Shown here piece by piece: positions 58,890 to 64,000 of a stretch of 64,000 nucleotides of DNA. Numbering within the stretch: position 1 is the stretch's first letter; each line of letters starts with the position of its first letter. The stretch spans positions 192,664 to 256,663 of the forward strand of contig NIVC01001632.1 of NCBI GenBank assembly GCA_002269645.1, given 5' to 3'. This DNA is from Macrostomum lignano (Eukaryota). Both the position numbers and the translations under genes were made by a program. The notes below the pieces were generated by a model. That model was not told the origin of the DNA. It did no database searches and worked only from the letters and a program-made list of their open reading frames with translations.

Positions 58890-59505
58890 AAGATAGAGAT
58901 TAGTGAAGATTAGGATAGAGATTGGTGAAGACTATGATAGAGATAGGTAAATATGAGGATAGAGATTGGTGAAGATTAGGATAGAGATTGGTGAAGATTA
59001 GGATAGAGATTGGTGAAGATAAGGATAGAGATTGGTGAAGATTATGATAGAGATTGGTGAAGATAAGGATAGAGATTGGTGAAGATAAGGATAGAGATTG
59101 GTGAAGATTAGGATAGAGATTGGTGAAGATTAGGATAGAGATTGGTGAAGATGAGGATAGAGATTGGTGAAGATTAGGATATAGATTGGTGAAGATTAGG
59201 ATAGAGATTGGTGAAGATTAGGATAGAGATTGATGAAGATTATGATAGAGATTGGTGTGAAGATTAGGATAGAGATTGGTGAAGATTAGGATAGAGATTG
59301 ATGAAGATAAGGATAGAGATTGGTGAAGATTAGGACAGAGATTGGTGAAGATTAGGATATAGATTGGTGAAGATGAGGATAGAGATTGGTGAAGATTAGG
59401 ATAGAGATTGGTGAAGATAAGGATATAGATTGGTGAAGATTAGGATAGAGATTGGTGAAGATTAGGATAGAGATTGGTGAAGATGAGGATAGAGATTGGT
59501 GAGAT
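58890..59505. repeat. 22-bp ATAGAGATTGGTGAAGATTAGG array
   Basis: About 27 copies. Confidence 0.95.
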
Positions 59506-59614
59506 TGGATTCGATAAGTTAGAAAGCCAGACTAGTGCAAGTGGCTTGAGCCCTCGGAGAATGCCTTAGAGAAGTCCGAGTCAGAAACTGCAGAGGTCAA
59601 CAAAGGTCACGGGG

Positions 59615-62600
59615 TCAGACAAAGCTTGACGTAGCGTAGGGAGTCCGGCAGATGGGGCTGCCGACGTGCGCACCGCTGGCAGCGTCTCGCCCTGCCGCGG
59701 CGAGAGCCGTGTCAGACGCGAGCACCGCGTAGCCCTGCCTGTCAATGGCCGGAGCCGCGGCAGCTGAGGTGTACCGACTCTCCTCCATGGCGCCGGCGGC
59801 TGTCGCGTCTCCAGAAATGGTGGCGTAGAATTTGCGCGACATCCGGTCGGAGGAGGTCAACGCCGCCGCGGCCGATGTCGCCGCAGCTGCCGATGGGCTC
59901 GACGTCGCAGTCGTCTCGTAGCCATTGAACGCCTTGAGCGTCAGGCTTCGCTGATGCGTGGCCGCCAGACGCCCTCCGCCGTCTGGTGTGGAATTCGCTG
60001 ACGTCTGGCGCTGTGGCGACGTCAAATAGCCGGAGCTGGAAAACTTGCGCTGCCGCTTCAGGCAGGTGCCGCCCGGACTGCGGGCCCTAACGTTGTCGAT
60101 CACCAGCGTGGCCGAGCGGCAGCCGTCAGTCAGGATGTCGGGGAATCGATAGGCGCCTTCCGACAAGTCGGCGCTGGGCTCGTCCGCGGTCTGCCGCTGA
60201 ATAAGAAGTACATCGGGGTGCTTTGACATGAGCTGATCCTTTGACATGAGCTGATCCTTTGACATGAGCTGATGCTTTGACATGAGCTGATGCTTTGACA
60301 TGAGCTGATGCTTTGACATGAGCTGATGCTTTGACATGAGCTGATGCTTTGACATGAGCTGATGCTTTGACATGAGCTGATGCTTTGACATGAGCTGATG
60401 CTTTGACATGAGCTGATGCTTTGACATGAGCTGATGCTTTGACATGAGCTGATGCTTTGGCATGAGCTGATGCTATCACTCCTTACAGACATGCGAGCAG
60501 TCTCTAGAGACCTTTTCTCATCTCAACCCCGAGCCCCGGTAGTCATGGCAACTCACCGGATCAGAATTCGCCCTGTCGTACCAGGTGGCACCCCGGTTGG
60601 TTCTTACTGCCGTTCTCGAGGTCTCCTGGCGACCTGCCCATGTTTGAAAATGCAGGGGTTGATTTATATGTACTTCAAGTGGTGGGTCCTCTGGCATCAG
60701 AAAGCGAGTTAATAATACACACAGGACAAGCGGCTCACCCCAGGCGTGCATGTACAGCAGCACCGCCAGCAGCGCTACAAAGATCACGAAGACCACAGCG
60801 GCCAGGCACAGCAGCAGCAGCAGGTTGCGGTCCGCCTGGGCTCGTTGCGTCCGACCGCCCGCCGCTCCGCCGTCTTCGCCGCCGTGGGCGTCTTTGCCGA
60901 TGGTAACGCCACCGGGACCGCTGCCAGCGACACCGGAGCGAGCTGCGTGCGCCGCGTCGACAATGTGCACTAAGGTGTCGTGGCGGCTCTCCAGCGGCGG
61001 CTGGCCGCAGTCCCTGGCCAGCAGGGTCAGCCGAAAGCGCCGACCAACTCCGCGTTTGAACGGCCGAATCAGCGTCAACATGCCGTGCGTCCGGTCGATG
61101 CTGAAATGCGTACCGCCCCCGTCAGCTTCAATGGAACGCTGAGCTCCTTCTCCTCAAGGCTGTAGACGATGGTTCCATTGTCGCCAGCGTCGTCATCGCG
61201 TCCTCGCGCCTGCGGCAAAAGCTGTGTGCCGGCCGGGCTGGCGGCGGACAAATTGTGCACCCGGCTGAGCCCCTCAAGTATCGGCCAGTTGTCATTGACG
61301 TCCAGCAGCGCGATGGTGACCTGGGCGGAAGCGAAAGCGTTCGCGCCGACCGCCTGAACCTCCAGCAGGAGCGTCTCCTGCCGCTCCCGGTCGAAGTTAC
61401 CTTGGCCCATCAGCTGGTTGCCCTCGAAGGAAAAGTGGATGTCGGTGGACGACTGGCGGTTGCCGACTTTGTAGCGAATCTCGGCGTTGGCGCCCGAATC
61501 GGCGTCCGTGGCGGTCACGGCGCCGATGAAGCGCCGGCTATAGTTAGCGCCGAAATCTTCGACAATGTGAAAGCTGTACACCGGAGGCTGGAACACCGGC
61601 GGCGAGTCGTCGACATCCTCGATAACAACCTCAACGGAGGCGGTAGCCGAGAGAGAGTCCGCCCTGCCATCGTTGTCGCTCACAATCACAGCAAAGTTGT
61701 AGCGGCTGCGCTCCTCGCGGTCGAAGGTGACCCGGGCTCGAATCTCTGCTCGGCCACGACCGGTAGACTGGATGCTGAAGAACTGCCGCCCAGCCGCGTC
61801 CAAGTCAAAGCGCAGCGGCGCCGTCGGGTCGTCCGGATCGTCGGCACGGACGTGCCCAACAAAGGCGTCCAGCGGGTTGTTCTCGGACAGCCGGTAACTG
61901 TAGAAGCTCCGCTCCAGGTGTGGTGGATTGTCGTTCACGTCGGTGATCCTGACCGTCAGCTGGTGAGGAGTGATCTTCGGCGGCGCACCGCGGTCGGTAC
62001 AGCTAATGTCAACGGTGACCTTCCCGGCTGGTGAGGCCTCCCGATCGAAGGTGACGCCGTTCGGCTTGCGCAGCTCGTAGATGGTCATCCGCCGGGCTTG
62101 GTCGCCGGCTGGGACACTCGGCAACGGCACGCGTACCAACCGGAATCGATCGGACGGCGTCGCCTGGCATTCCACGGTGCCGTTGTCGCCAGCGTCAGGA
62201 TCGAGGCCATCACCTGGCCAGCGTCAGCTCTCTACCGTCATTCTCTGTCAAGCTGACGCCGGCGTCGCCGTCGACCCCGCCGATCTGGATAGTCGGGTAG
62301 TTGTCGTTGCAGTCCGTGAGTCGGACCGGCACCTCGATCTCGGATCGCAGCTGGCCGGAGTCCTCGGCCACCACCGGGATGAAGAACGACCTCTCTGCCT
62401 GGTTCTCGTAGTCCAGCAGTCTGTTCTGGAGCAGGAAGTCGCCGGATATGTAAAACGTGGTGGCGGCTTCTTTACCAGCGGTGGGCGCGATAGAATAGAC
62501 GATGCGCTCGTTCAGATCGGGGTCCACTGCTTGCAGTCGCATGAGACAGCGGTGCAGCCGGTCGCACTCCGAGATCGTCACAGTGGCAGGTGCCTTCGGC

Positions 62601-63329
62601 CAGCTTGCGGATTGTCGTTGGCGTCCTGCACAAGCACGCTGATGTCAAGCCGGGCCTTCTCGTCCGGGAATCCAGCGTCGCTGGCCAGCAGCTGTAGGCT
62701 GTAGCGGTCTCGGGTCTCCCTGTCCAGGGGTTTCACCAGCTCCAGCTTCGGGTCAGCTGCTGCCGGCTGGCCGATTGAGCAGCCAACCGGAAGTGCGCCG
62801 AGGACGCTGCATCGCCAGGCACCAGCTCGTACACAGTGCGACGATGCTCCTTGGCACCGTCCTTGTCCTCCGCCGCTAGCAGGGAGTACAGCGCCCCAGC
62901 CGAAGCCGACTCGCTAATGTTGACAACAAATTTGCCGGTCTTGAACTGCGGCCGATGATCGTTGACGTCTCGCACTAGGAGATGGACTTGGTAGAATTTT
63001 CCTGCACTGACAACGAATTCCAGCTTGCAGCTCTCATGCTGACCGGGACACAGTGTCTCGCGGTCGAGCCTGGCTTTCGTGGTGATGAGGCCGCCAACTG
63101 GGTCCAGTCTGAGCAGCTTTTTCTGCAGTTTGGTCAAGAATGGCGCATTGAACTTCGTGCTTTCGGGCAAGCCGAGGCGCTGGCTGAGACTGCCGATCCG
63201 AGTGCCCGGCGGGACCTCTTCGTCCGTCTGGAACTCGGCGGGCTCAGCATTGGTGAAGGTAGCCGCGGTACAAGCTGATGTTAAAAGTAGCAGCAACGGC
63301 AGCTGCAGCACGAGGAGTTGACAGCGCAT
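59615..63329 (-). CDS. Protocadherin (delta-like architecture: signal peptide, 7 EC repeats, TM, cytoplasmic tail), interrupted by at least 4 frameshifts in this assembly
   Basis: One large exon 63329-60739 carries LDRE, DxNDxxP and AxDxD motifs split across ORFs 62733..63329, an unlisted frame at about 62765-62605, 62210..62581, 61075..62175 and 60518..61081. TM is LLLLLCLAAVVFVIFVALLAVLLY. The donor is at 60738; the last exon runs from the acceptor at 60196 to the stop at 59615 (...SSFV). Confidence 0.85.
60222..60468. repeat. 18-bp CTTTGACATGAGCTGATG array (protocadherin intron)
   Basis: About 13 copies; source of the (MSKHQL)n lead-in of ORF 59615..60463. Confidence 0.95.
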
Positions 63330-64000
63330 CCAGCGAGCAGGCTGGCTGGCTGGGTTGAGTAGTACGCGCGCGCGCTCTGTCAGTTTTTCTGGATGACAAA
63401 GCGCCGCCTCGCTTCAGGGACGCTTTTGATCCGGCCAGAGGCCGCTCGCCATTGGTTGGCCGGCAAGGACCAATGGGCTTCAAGGTCTCGGCGCAATTTG
63501 AGAGAGAATTAATTGTATTATCATCTTTTAATCTGATTGATAATAAACAGTTTTCTTTAGCCCAGTTCATGTGCCTCTAAACCTTGACTAATTGTAACAT
63601 TTATGCCGTTTATGCCATTTATGCAAGAATTAAGAAAAATGATTCCTTAGTTTGCACAACTAGTTAGACCGCCATTAAATTGCATGGCTGATGTATAAAT
63701 TGACGAAAGCTGAAGCTCAAGCCGTGTTGACCAAAGCAAGATTTGTCTCCTCTTTCGATGGCGAGCGGTCCGCAGTATGCAGCCTGTTAGCCATCGTTTT
63801 GGATTTGAAATTGAGACGTCAATTTATCTTCAAAGAAGACGCCTTGCTGCGTCAACGGATCGAATAATCGAATTACTTTGTGATGATGAGCACTGTCGAC
63901 TTTGACTGCCTCCCCAGAGATGGGATTTTCTATGATTCCACACTTATTGCACTACCGGACCAAGTTGTCAACTCCCTTTTACAGTTTCCCACCAGCGATT

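Noticed and set aside
61255-62704. Long ORFs 61255..62034 (+) and 62081..62704 (-)
   Set aside because: Antisense or off-frame shadows of the GC-rich protocadherin exon; the end of the second overlaps a frameshifted cadherin segment only by coordinate.

Overview
Eukaryotic genomic DNA with GT-AG introns, GC-rich exons and introns filled with micro- and minisatellites. Base composition, gene content and repeat style suggest an invertebrate, probably a flatworm such as Macrostomum; this is inference and was not verified. I assembled seven spliced or single-exon genes by hand with consistent exon phases. (1) A 10-exon large Rab GTPase (EF-hand + coiled coil + Rab; CRACR2A/Rab46/RASEF family), + strand, 2717-10327. 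(2) An intronless Ly6/three-finger GPI protein, - strand, 15909-16424. (3) A spliced quiver/sleepless-like gene head-to-head with it, + strand, about 18522-19626, absent from the ORF track except for its last exon. (4) An intronless orphan class A GPCR with an oversized first extracellular loop, + strand, 28690-30054. (5) A two-exon unknown protein with a Lys/Arg-rich N-terminal half, + strand, 36267-37672. (6) An 8-exon GRAM-domain tail-anchored protein, + strand, 39510-46195. (7) A 3-exon calmodulin-like gene, - strand, 47822-52175. An eighth gene, a 7-cadherin-repeat protocadherin on the - strand (59615-63329), does not assemble cleanly: it has at least four frameshifts and an unresolved last splice junction. 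The rest comprises about 35 tandem arrays, tRNA-derived SINE pieces, several MITEs with visible inverted repeats and target-site duplications, and an AT-rich island at about 20-25 kb. Most long ORFs in the supplied track are artefacts of tandem repeats. I found no CRISPR array, rRNA or intact tRNA gene.
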